From Macrostomum hystrix (lineage: Eukaryota > Animalia > Platyhelminthes): a stretch of 64,000 nt of DNA. Shown here piece by piece: positions 39,311-51,600 of this stretch. The notes below the pieces were generated by a model that was given only the letters and a program-made list of their open reading frames with translations, was not told where the DNA came from and ran no database searches. Where the stretch lies: assembly GCA_950097015.1 (NCBI GenBank), contig CATNEN010000033.1, forward strand, positions 248,001 through 312,000, written 5' to 3'. Each line of letters opens with the position of its first letter. The first letter of the stretch is position 1. The position numbers were made by a program, and so were the translations under genes.

Positions 39311-40203
39311 TGTTTTATTATCATTGGTGCAGATAAATAAAATAACCATAGACCATAACCACAAGTGCAAGGGGGGATACGTGTCCATGGACGTCTATAT
39401 ATAACAGCTGGACTGTGTGTTAGACATGTAACGTTATACGAGTATAGATGACCATTGTACCCCTCATAGTGCCCTCTTTTGCAATTTTATTTTTCAAGGT
39501 TTTTTATATTCTGCAGTGGACCTTAAACTGCACTGTTTAAACCTTTTTTATTTATTTTAGCACAGTTTAAGCTACTAGAGAATGCAAAAATTAATTTTCC
39601 AATGCGCTACATTTGTCAATGGCGTTTGAATTTCGCTATTGTCTTCCTACCATTATCGTCCTGATCTTTGACATCTAAGCAGCTTGGCTGCTTAGAGAGA
39701 GCAGCGAAGGTAAGACGAGCCGTTTGATTTTTGACGGTTCGTTTGTAAAATTCCTCAATTCTGGGCAGTCATATTCGCATACTACTACGCTCTTTTTTGC
39801 CAGTAGTAAAAAGGAAAAATCTCTCCAAAATTTATTCTACCATGAAAGCTTTTTTGTTGTGTGATTTATTAGTTTTGAAAGGAGGTGCCCATCGGAGGCA
39901 GGTCTCACTAGGAATGAGTAAATGTCTGTTCGGGGAAACTGGGACAGCAAATTTCCTCGATTTTTTTACTTAAACCTAAAAAATTAATTTAAAAGTCGTG
40001 AGATTTTTCGCGATTTAGCCTATTGGAATTCGAATAGGAAGATGAGATACTCGAATAGAAGCAGCAAGCTTTCGCTTGTTGAATATTCTTTTAAGAGGCA
40101 TTTTTTCCGAAGCTACTTCTTTATTTTAAGTTTTATCCTACCATTGCAACTTTTTAAGCATAATCTGTTTCGTACCAACCTCATGCATCCACTCCCGAGA
40201 CAG

Positions 40204-41997
40204 AGCTATCTCGTAACAAGCAAGTCTTTGTCCGTTGGCGCCTATTGGAAAATGCCCGGAATCGGGGCACTGCTTTTCATCGTAGCGCTGGCTTTCGTCG
40301 CGGAGTTTAACCAAAAAAGTACCAACAAAGTTCAAAGCTCAAAGCTCAAGAAAGAAAAAGAAACACCCGAAGAAGTCGTATACACAATATTCATAAGCCT
40401 ATTGGCTGGCATAGCGGCAATCATCTTAATTTTTCTTGAGTTCGGAGTTCTGAAACAAGGAACAATACGACGGGCCCACGCCGGAAAGATTGGATTAAGA
40501 AATGTTGCAGCCATTATTGACAATCACTGCCATCGAACCTGTTTGTTGGCGCTTTCGTCGTCTTTGGCTTTCTGCATTCGCTCTCATTGTTCTTGGAAAT
40601 TATCTGTGAATGTGGCGATGCGAAGGATGTGACAAGCATTTTAAGCAACATGTTAGAAGAATACCAAACGACTTTAGTCAATTTATGTGGCATTGTTTTC
40701 GCCTTAATTCAAACCAGATTTTTCTTCAAATACTTTGACAAATCTATTCAAACTCGTCTCAGGCGTTCATGGATTGGACTGTCCATTATATTGGCGGCCA
40801 ACATTGGGGTCTGGTTCGCCACTGTCAATACGGAGCTGAAAGAAGCCAAAAGTAATGAGACACACGATAAAACTGGCAACTACTGTTCAAATAACAATGT
40901 TAAGACAATCAACCAGTTGCTATACCCATTTAAAATCGAGTACTGTGTTATGGCAGCTCTCTTGGCGTATACAATGCTGGCCAACCTGGGCTGCCTAGGT
41001 AAATTCTCGAGTCGCCTGAAAACTAATTGTTCACCAGAAGAAGCAAAACGGAAGATTAGCGAACTGCTTCAGAACAAGCGTGGGCACACGGGCGTGCACC
41101 GACTATGATGCTGTCAGAAATCACTCGCTCAGTTTTATGTTTGGTCTGCTTTGCGTGCTCAGCTCACTAGCTGTCATAGCTTTCATTCGCTTTCAAGGCA
41201 AAAAATATTCTGATCTCAAACCTGATCCCAAAATAATTTTTCACGCCTTTCCAATAGGCCTGAACGTCATTGGATTCATTTGTGCGCTATTTCTGATTCT
41301 CACATATATTCGGTACAATCACACAAACATGTTCGGCTGGACGCACCTAGTTGACCGAATACTTCTGTGGCTCAGCTTTATTGCTATATTTCTTGGAAAC
41401 ACGAACACAATTTGGAAACAAACTGCCTTGAATGCCACTGCCTTGAATGCCACTGCCGAGAATGCCACTGCCAGGGTCGAGCTTGCCGCATCTGTAATAA
41501 GTATTTCGGAGAGCGGACTGCAAGCAGTCCTCCTAGAGCTGGCCCTTCTCGGCGGCTTCATCATTGATCCCTGGTTCACGAAATTCTGGAAAACAACTCA
41601 AGTTGATGAAAAAGCAGAGCGAAAAGCTGCAATCGAGTTTGTTGATGAAAAAGCAGAGCGAAAAGGTGCAATCGAGTTTGTTGATGAAAAAGCAGAGCGA
41701 AAAGCTGCAATCGAGTTTGTGTACGCAATCCTGAACTTGCTAATCCTGCTCAACAGCACTGAATGGATGCTGAGAGCTATATGCTTCTCATTTTATTTTG
41801 ATCCAAACAATAACGACCTATTGCTGACAACTCTAATGCCGCTGCAGGTTTTCTTCAGGTTTCACTCCGCTATGTTTATCTACGACTTGAAGGAGCACTT
41901 AAAATTTTATAAGGATGACAGCAACGCAGAACCAGATGGCGACATAACAGTAGTAATTGATTTACGTCAAGAAAATCATTCAGTACAGAGCGATTAA
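40204..41997 (+). CDS. Otopetrin-family proton channel, interrupted by two frameshifts as sequenced
   Basis: Multiple TM helices; motifs NLFVGAFVVFGFLHSL, IQTRFFF, GLSIILAANIGVW, LLYPFKIEYCVMAALL and LMPLQVFFRFHSA resemble the otopetrin LYPFxIEY and PLxxFxRxHS blocks. Frame changes near 40515-40525 and 41095-41101 have no usable intron. Confidence 0.75.
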
Positions 41998-43811
41998 ACT
42001 TTCAGCTTCAAAAACTGCCACGAGTATAATGGGGTTTTTTTCAAGCACCGAAATGAAGAGACGTAACATTTCGTTATTTCTTTGTTTATTCAAGAACAAT
42101 TTTTATTGAAAGCAACATATACTGTGTCTAGTAGCATGCAGAGTGAAGTGTCTCTATTAACTAGTTTTTTTAATAGTCTAGATTTCTTGGAAAAGCTCTA
42201 CATTCGTAGAAGCCGATGTGGATTTTAGCTCGTAGTTTTTAGATTGTGTGCAGTGATGAATCTAATTGATAAATGTTTGTACGCATATTTTATACTTACT
42301 GTTTTTTTTATCCCAGCAAGCCTAACTTTCGAAGTAGCTCGTATATTCACGCGTTAAATGTATCAAATTTTATTTTAACGCTTTGTAACAGCGAAAAAAA
42401 AGTAGGTTATCTTTGAGTGACACGTAGGCACCTCATATATCCTTTGGAAAGTTTAATAGTTTTGCTATCTGAGTTCTAAATAGACAGACTTATATTTTGT
42501 GAATGATTTGATATCTACTTCCAAAGGATATAAGGAAATGCACAAGGATTACTAGACTAGACAAGTCCATAACAAAGTACTTTTCCTGGTGGTCCTTGGA
42601 GCTTTAGTCGGCGACAAAAAAATCGCCACGTTTTAAGCGTCAATCGATTTTGAAAATCAATAATGCTATTAAAATAGTTCTTTTATTCAAACCAGTTTTT
42701 AACCCCCACGTCCCAACCCTCCGCTAACCTATCTGTAATTGGCTGGAATAGTTTTAAGCTCTCTGACTCAGTCCACCAAGCATTCTGATTGGCTGCCGTG
42801 AGTTTAGGTGCCTTGATTTTGGAACAGATCTATATTTAAGAGATGGGCCACTCAGGCACATTTTAGGTGTAGGTTTTATACTACTTTCTGTTCAGTAGAA
42901 ATACTAACATTTTAACGTATTTTTTCATCTGCATGAAAACTTTTCAAGTAACGAAAAATATAATAACTCGTACTTTTGCAAAACATTCCGACGTAATTAT
43001 AGTATCCGGGAATTTTTTGTTTTTTTGCCTCTTCCCAACCAATGAGATCTGATGGACTCAGTGCTCTTTGCTCCCATGTCCATAAAATACAATCTAAACT
43101 TAAGTTGTGCTTAATTGTGTCGCTAATCCAGATTAGAATAAACAATATTTTAATTAGTAATTTATGACTTTAATTGATCGAAAGCTGAAATAATAAAAAA
43201 GGCATAAGCGATTTATATATTTAAAGTTTTACTTTTCCTAGAAAGTACAGAGACATGAAGTAAAGATCTAAACCGGTTGGATCCGGTTCTGGCTAGCCGC
43301 GCCGCAGTTAAGCAAAAAATCAGAGCCTTAACTTTCAAGAAGGCGCATTTGAATGATTTACCTCGAAACCAGGAGAAACCGATTTTTGAGATTTTGCACA
43401 TTTCCAAAAAGTTAAAAAGCAAGTTTATTTATTTTTCTCAAACAAATACTCACTAGCCTACTAATAGTAGCCTAATTTAGTTCTCCCACGAAGGAATGAA
43501 GGCCGACAAAGCGGACTGATGCTCGCACCAGATTCGAAAGCAGCTTCGCCGTCTTTAAAGTGTCCATCAGCAGGCAGCCGGGGATTACCGCTTGCAGGCG
43601 TCCACGCGCCGTGTAAGTCCGCATAGGCGAACGTGCGCTGCAACATGATCTGAGCGGCACTTTGGGCTGCAATAGTGGTGCGGCACTCCCAGCAAGATCG
43701 GAGCCGGAGGCGGTCCGGTTGTCAAGCTCGGAACGTCGGGCACAGGGAGAGTTCGACGATTATCACTGTCCGGTGCGGATTTTCAAGGGAAATCTGACTG
43801 GTATGAAAAAG

Positions 43812-44240
43812 AAAATCCTACTGAAATTCCGAGGGAAATCCAACTGAAATTCCGAGGGAAATCCAACTGGAATTCCGAGGGAAATCCTACAGGAATTCCG
43901 AGGGAAATCCAACTGAAATTCCGAGGGAAATCCAACTGGAATTCCGAGGGAAATCTAACTGGAATTCCGAGGGAAATCCTACTGGAATTCCGAGGGAAAT
44001 CCTACTGAATTTTAAGGGAAATCCTACTGGAATTCCGAGGGAAATCCTACTGGAATTCCGAGGGAAATCCTACTGGAATTCCGAGGGAAATCCTACTGGA
44101 ATTCCGAGGGAAATCCTACTGGAATTCCGAGGGAAATCCTACTGGAATTCCGAGGGAAATCCTACTGGAATTCCGAGGGAAATCCTACTGGAATTCCGAG
44201 GGAAATCCTACTGAATTTTGAGGGATATCTTACTGGAATA
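43812..44240. repeat. 23-bp minisatellite (ggaattccgagggaaatcctact), about 18 copies
   Basis: Same family as 33285-33960. Confidence 0.93.
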
Positions 44241-45188
44241 CGATAAGTCCTACTCGAACTCATAAACTTACCCATGAACTCACTCACGAACTCACTCATG
44301 AACTCACTCACTCACAAACACATAAACTCACTCTGAACTCATAAACTCACACATGGACTCACACATTGACTTATTTAAGACTTCACTAGAAGCTTAAGAG
44401 TAGAATCGCTTATAAATTAATGAACTAATGAACTGGTCATAATCTCACTCAGTTTTTTAATGAGTCATTATTTCAGTCATGAAATCACTTATACGAGCCG
44501 TAGATACTGAAAATTAAGCTCACTAATGAACCATCAGACTGACTAACTGACTCAAACTGTTCTCAAAGAGTCGCAGCCTGAGGGCTCAGCATGCAGCAAC
44601 AGACGATGGCAAGGTTGGGCTCTTAAAGGCAATTCAGAGCCAGGAAGAGCACGAATTGTTTGACGAATGAGAAAAAAGGCAGGCACCGAGAGGGCCGCGC
44701 AAGCAACGGAAGACAAAAAGCGGCGATCTCTCTTTGATTGCTGCTGAATGAGTCCGGGGATCGGGAGGAGTTTTTTTCTGTGAGGCTCTGGCCGCTGGCG
44801 GCAGTGATTGAAGGGGTTCGCTGGGCGCGGAGGCCCCCCTGCTGGCCTCGCTGCGCGGAGCGGCACGTCAGCAAGCGGTGGCCACTTTGCCATCGCGTCT
44901 TTCTGACTTTTCCTTTCCACTTTTTTAGCTTGCCGACTGAGCTGAAAGCGGCCATTTCGTGCACTGGGAATGAGAGAAAAGGCAAGTCGGTCTTTTTTAA
45001 TCCCGAAATTTGCTGGCCGAAAACAATGGGCTGATGAAAAAACCCAAATTGCCGCGGGGGGCGGGAAACGGACAGGCAGCTGGAGAAAATCTGTGTCGAG
45101 TCTGTATTTTAAAGCTTCAACATTTGACAGCTTGGCGAATTTACCTACGAGATCACAAACATTTCAATTTATTAAGTTTTTTTTCAAT

Positions 45189-45232
45189 GCGGACTTACGA
45201 CTTAAAGGTCTGGGGTTCGATTCCCGACTCCA
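45189..45232 (+). other. tRNA-like 3' remnant (B box) without a recognisable 5' half
   Basis: GGTTCGATTCC at 45214-45224 in a T-arm-like context; no A box seen upstream. Confidence 0.35.
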
Positions 45233-45468
45233 CTGAAACAATATTTGTCCTTTAGCATGACACTTAACTCTGCATTGCTTCAGTTTTAACTGAAGAGTTA
45301 AATGAACTACCAGCATGGGCACAGCTGCGGCTGTGCTGTCGGCTGCACGTCTGACCCAATCAGGGCAGGTGTAATCACTTTAATAACTTTATAAGCAATT
45401 GTGAGGATGCAAGTTCTACGAGTGCGACTCGTATTTTTTTAGCATTGCATTTTTCTTGCAAAACTGCG

Positions 45469-45735
45469 GTGTCGTTAAAAAACCGGCGTTCAATATTTGA
45501 TTGGTTGTGCTAGTTACAGGGCTTGGTTTTGATGATCGATTAAATTGGATTACCCCAACTTGTATTTCTATAAATAGCAACAACTCGTACAAATAATAAA
45601 TGGGGTGTCGTTAAAACCGGCGTTCAAGATTTGATTAGTTGTGCTAGTTACAGGGCTTGGTTTCGTTGATCGATTAAATTGGATTCCCCAACTTGTATTT
45701 CTATAAATAGCAACAACTCGTACAAAAAATAAATA
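45469..45735. repeat. About 136-bp tandem duplication (2 diverged copies)
   Basis: gtgtcgttaaaa...ctataaatagcaacaactcgtacaaa starts at 45469 and 45605. Confidence 0.9.
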
Positions 45736-46565
45736 AATTCCAAAGATTCGTACTGTTTTAGGATAATTTTTGGACCAAAGACGAATTCGCAAAGACAAAC
45801 AAATACAGACAGGGAAACTGATTTATCTTCTAAAGCTCAAAGTGTACCAAGTTAAAAGTAAAATACCATGTAAAGCGAGAAGTGTTTTGAAATTTTTCAA
45901 CAAGAAATTGATATAATTTTATGCTTCTCTCTGCAAGTCGTTCTATCGCACTTGTTAAATTAGCTGTCTTTTCAACTCAGCGAATTTAACATTGAAGTCA
46001 GGAACAAAAGAGCAGGCAAAACTTCACGTGGGAATAGAAAAGACTATTTAGCAATAGATTTGAACACGCAGAGAAGCGAAAAGCAAAGTTTCAATCAAAC
46101 TCGTTAAGGAACTAGAGCGACAAGTTCAAATAAAATCAGCTTAGCCATGGTGTGAGCAATGTGAGATATTTTTCGATCGATATCTACACAGATTCTCAAG
46201 ATAAATGAGAGAAATTGAGATTTTTCAGTTCCGGAAAATAAAGTCTACTATGTAAATCTCATAGAGGGTATCATACTTCTATGCGACTTACATATTAATA
46301 GCCAACAGATAGGGCAATATTACTTCACAATGAGTTTGTAGGCCAGCATAGCAACAACACAAAAAGACTGAACAAAATGTGATTCAGAGTACGGATACAC
46401 TTTCGTTTATACCTATATACATATATTGAGTACACTTCTAGCTATGTACGTGTCGATATGAGCGGACATTTCACAAACTGAACATTCTTCGTCCTACATC
46501 AGGCCAAATGGCGCTTCAGATACAATTGGGGTAATCCACGGTGACAATAAATAGGGCATTGTAAA

Positions 46566-48477
46566 CGGTCATAGTAGCAGTCATAGTTACAGTCATAGTT
46601 ACAGTCATAGTTACAGTCATAGTTACAGTCATAGTTACAGTCATAGTTACAGTCATAGTTACAGTCATAGTAGCAGTCATAGTTACAGTCATAGCTACAG
46701 TCATTAGTGACAGTCATAGTTACAGTCATAGTTACAGTCATAGTTACAGTCATAGATAAAGTCATAGTTACAGTCATTAGTGACAGTCATAGTTACAGTC
46801 ATTAGTTACAGTCATTAGTTACAGTCATTAGTTACAGTCATAGTAGCAGTCATAGTTACAGTCATAGTTACAGTCATTAGTTACAGTCATTAGTTACAGT
46901 CATTAGTTACAGTCATAGTAGCAGTCATAGTTAAAGTCATAGCTACAGTCATTAGTGACAGTCATAGTTACAGTCATAGTTACAGTCATAGTTACAGTCA
47001 TAGAGAAAGTCATAGTTACAGTCATTAGTGACAGTCATAGTTACAGTCATAGTTACAGTCATTAGTTACAGTCATAGTTACAGTCATTAGTTACAGTCAT
47101 AGTTAAAGTCATTAGTTACAGTCATAGTTACATTCATTAGTTACAGTCATAGTTAAAGTCATTAGTTACAGTCATAGTTACAGTCATAGTTAAAGTCATT
47201 AGTTACAGTCATAGTTACAGTCATTAGTTACAGTCATTAGTTACAGTCATAGTTAGAGTCATAGTTACAGTCATTAGTTACAGTCATAGTTACAGTCATT
47301 AGTTACAGTCATAGTTACAGTCATAGTTACAGTCATAGATAAAGTCATAGTTACAGTCATTAGTGACAGTCATAGTTACAGTCATTAGTTACAGTCATTA
47401 GTTACAGTCATTAGTTACAGTCATAGTAGCAGTCATAGTTACAGTCATAGTTACAGTCATAGTTACAGTCATAGTTACAGTCATAGTTACAGTCATAGTA
47501 GCAGTCATAGTTACAGTCATAGCTACAGTCATTAGTGACAGTCATAGTTACAGTCATAGTTACAGTCATAGTTACAGTCATAGAGAAAGTCATAGTTACA
47601 GTCATTAGTGACAGTCATAGTTACAGTCATAGTTACAGTCATTAGTTACAGTCATAGTTACAGTCATTAGTTACAGTCATAGTTAAAGTCATTAGTTACA
47701 GTCATAGTTACATTCATTAGTTACAGTCATAGTTAAAGTCATTAGTTACAGTCATAGTTACAGTCATAGTTAAAGTCATTAGTTACAGTCATAGTTACAG
47801 TCATTAGTTACAGTCATTAGTTACAGTCATAGTTAGAGTCATAGTTACAGTCATTAGTTACAGTCATAGTTACAGTCATTAGTTACAGTCATAGTTAAAG
47901 TTATTAGTTACAGTCATAGTTACAGTCATTAGCTACAGTCATAGTTACAGTCATAGTTAAAGTCATTAGTTACAGTCATAGTTACAGTCATTAGTTACAG
48001 TCATAATTAAAGTCATTAGTTACAGTCATAGTTACAGTCATAGTTAAAGTCATTAGTTACAGTCATAGTTACAGTCATAGTTAAAGTCATTAGTTACAGT
48101 CATAGTTACAGTCATAGTTAAAGTCATTAGTTACAGTCATAGTTACAGTCATAGTTAAAGTCATTAGTTACAGTCATAGTTACAGTCATAGTTAAAGTCA
48201 TTAGTTACAGTCATAGTTACAGTCATAGTTACAGTCATAGTTAAAGTAATAGTTACAGTCATAGTTACAGTCATTAGTTACAGTCATTAGTTACAGTCAT
48301 AGTTACAGTCATTAGTTACAGTCATAGTTACAGTCATAGTTACAGTCATTAGTTACAGTCATAGTTACAGTCATTAGTTACAGTCATAGTTACAGTCATA
48401 GTTAAAGTCATTAGTTACAGTCATAGTTACAGTCATTAGTTACAGTCATTAGTTACAGTCATTAGTTACAGTCAATA
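46566..48477. repeat. 12/13-bp minisatellite (agttacagtcat[t]) with a 580-bp higher-order duplication
   Basis: Rare variants recur at +580 (tagagaaagt 47001/47581; agttagagtc 47251/47831). Confidence 0.95.
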
Positions 48478-48655
48478 GTCATGCAAACTGTCATAAAAAG
48501 TACATTCTCAGTAACAGTCATAATTTCAGTCATAATCAGGGTCAGTTGAATTGCAGTGAATTTGTTAGCACTGGGTACACTTACGCCACAATGAATTCAG
48601 CTAATCGAGCAAGCTATAATTTCTAAAGCGAATTGAGTTGTAAATCACTTTGAAG

Positions 48656-51600
48656 TCACATGCTGCCGATGGCGCTGGTGTTTAACTCGCTCGGACTTCC
48701 CGGCTGCTGCTGCTGCTGCTGCTGTTGATGATGATTTTGGTGGCCATTGTGCATGCTGTAGTGCTGTTGCTGCTGCATGTACATCATTTGCATCATGTGA
48801 TGGCTGTCACCTGACCCCACTGGTGATTCTAGCTGCTGCTGCTGCTGCTGCTGCTGGCCATGAGTAGCACTAGGACTGCCGCTCTCTTGTTTGAGCTGAC
48901 CGCCGCTAATTACAGGTTGATAGCTGTAGCCATCCGGGTAGCCGTAGCCAGAGTAGGGACCAATGGACGACTGGCCGAACCCACCGCCATAGTGGTCCAT
49001 CGGGTAGGCAGTCGCGGCACTGTGCTGCAGGTACTGCTGGGCCATGTAGCCAGCCGGGCCGCCGTACAGATCCCTGGGCAGGGCGGAGTTTGCCGCCGTC
49101 ATCGGCTGCTGCGCGGCTGCGGCGCCTCCGCCGACGACACCGCCGCCGACACCGTAGCGATCCTGACGCTTCAACAAGGTCTTGGTCTTGCGCCTGGGCC
49201 TGTACTTGTAGTCTGGGTGGTCCTTCATGTGGATGGCGCGCAAGCGCTTGGCCTCGTCGATGAAGGGCCGTTTCTCAGTCTCGCTGAGATTCTTCCACTC
49301 GATGCCCAGGCGCTTGCTGATCTCCGAGTTGTGCATCTTCGGGTTCTCCTGGGCCATCTTGCGGCGCTGGCCCCGGCTCCACACCATGAAGGCATTCATT
49401 GGCCGCTTGACCCGGTCCTCCTTCTTGCCCACCACTGCAGCACCGGAGCCGTCAAGACGATGATGCTGATGCTGATGATGATGATGCGATGGCTGCTTGT
49501 GACTCGGCGACATATTGGAAGCGGTGCCACCAATGCCGCTGTTGTTGTTGCTGCTTCCTGGAGTTACCTGAGGGCAAGGTGATCAGAGTCGATGAATTGG
49601 CCAATTGGGAAAAGGACTCATTTTAATAGGCACTAATGCAATGTCTCATTTTCAAATCAAGAGCTGCATGTTTAAATTGAAGCTCGCCCTTGTTCGTTAG
49701 CTGAAAACTGGGTGACAAAATTGTGTTTTTTTCGGTTATTACTAATCGATAGGGGTAATTCTACAAATGCAACCCAATTTTTTTCCAATCGCTTATTACA
49801 AAAATGAATCGGAATAAATTCGCCAACACCCGGAGCCGTCCCGGATACGGAAATCCCCCGCTGCGCCCTCACCGCCCAGGTGAGTTCGCCACGGACCGCG
49901 TCCGCGGGGGGTCCGACCCCCTCCCACCACCTGCTAGGTCATCGCCCCGCCCGCCTCCACTGATTATCCCTCACTGCCTCCCCTCCCCTTAGAAACTAAT
50001 TGGCCCTTAAAAGGCTTGAGCACAGGGGCGGCGGCATACAGCACCCCGCAGCTCTGCCAGGCCAGGCACTGAGGAGGCTGCATGTCTTCTTGGGAGCCAT
50101 ATTCCGATTCCCAACAAAATCCCAATTTCGTGTTTCGCTTCCACAAAATCCTCCAAATTATTTGCCAATCTCCCCTCCTCGCAACCGTCCTCCGACTCGG
50201 AGGAGAGAGCGAGCGGGGGGTCCAAACTCCCCGTCTCCTCGCCATCATCCCGCACGCGCCTCTCCCAAACTCCCGGGTTCCCATCGCCCAGTCCTCTATC
50301 AATTAACAAGCGTTGCCTAACCTTGCACAGGCTTCCCACGGACATCCGGCAAGCTCAAAAAATACTAGCCAATCTTTATGGGATTTTTCACACATGGAAA
50401 ACGAATTCCTAAACAAACTGCAGGTTGAAACAGTTTGAGGCCGCCTCACCTGGTCATTCTCAGATTCGGCATTCCCGTGGAGAAAAAAAACCTATTTATC
50501 CCTATCAAACAGGTGAGTTTGCTGCGGAATGGTCGCGAGACACATGCATCGATCTTCAGCTTATTTTTCTCTCCTCTAATAACTAAGGTCAGTCCCGTCA
50601 CCTTTCAATAAGCAGAACTATATTCGACTCAATTATCGATCAAGTTGAATATGAAAATATCCCACATTCTCTATTCCCTAGCTTACAAAATTCTGCATCC
50701 TAAAATCTGAACTTCACACTTCTCGAATTCATAAAATGAATTTCAGTATTGTCAAAAAAATCTGGCCTAAGAAGGGATTGGGATAATAGGCCTGAAGGAA
50801 TTGGGATAAAAGGCCTAAGGGAATTAGGATAACAGATCTAAAGAAATAGGAATAACAGTCCTGAAGCATGGGGGCTCACAGTCCTGAACAGTCCTGAAGT
50901 ATGGGGATAATAGTCCTGAAGCATGGGGGCTAACAGTCCTTAACAGTTCTGAAGCATGGGGGCTAACAGTCCTTAACAGTTCTGAAGCATGGGGGCTAAC
51001 AGTCCTTAACAGTCCTGAAGCATGGGGGATAATAGTCCTGAAGTAAGGGGGTTAATAATCCTGAAGTATGGGGGAGAATAGTCCTGAAGTATGGTAGCTA
51101 ATAGTCCTGAACAGTCCTGAAGCATGGGGGATAATAGCCTGAAGCATGGGGGATAATAGTCCTGAAGCATGGGGGATAATAGCCTGAAGCATGGGGGATA
51201 ATAGTCCTGAAGCATGGGGGCTAACAGTCCTGAACAGTCCTAAAGCATGGGGGGATAACAGTCCTGAACAGTCCTGAAGCATGGGGGATAATAGTCCTGA
51301 AGCATGGGGGAGAATATTCCTGAAGTATAAGGGATAACAGTCCTGAAGTATGGTGGCTATTAGTCCTGAACAGTCCTGAAGCATGGGGGATAATAGCCTG
51401 AAGCATGGGGGATAATAGCCTGAAGCATGGGGGATAATAGCCTGAAGCATGGGGGGCTAACAGTCCTGAAGCATGGGGGATAATAGCCTGAAGCATGGGG
51501 GATAATAGTCCTGAAGCATGGGGGCTAACAGTCCTGAACAGTCCTGAAGCATGGGGGATAATAGTCCTGAAGCATGGGGGATAACAGTCCTGAACAGTCC

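Noticed and set aside
37891-39340. 450-480-aa Ser/Leu/Pro ORFs
   Set aside because: Read-through of a 16-bp array that lacks stops in all plus-strand frames.
43460-45060. GC-rich ORF fragments flanking the 23-bp array (possible minus-strand exons)
   Set aside because: No family recognised and no consistent splice model found; left unannotated.
45189-45232. Functional tRNA gene
   Set aside because: Only a B box/T-arm is present; no A box, D arm or acceptor-stem pairing.
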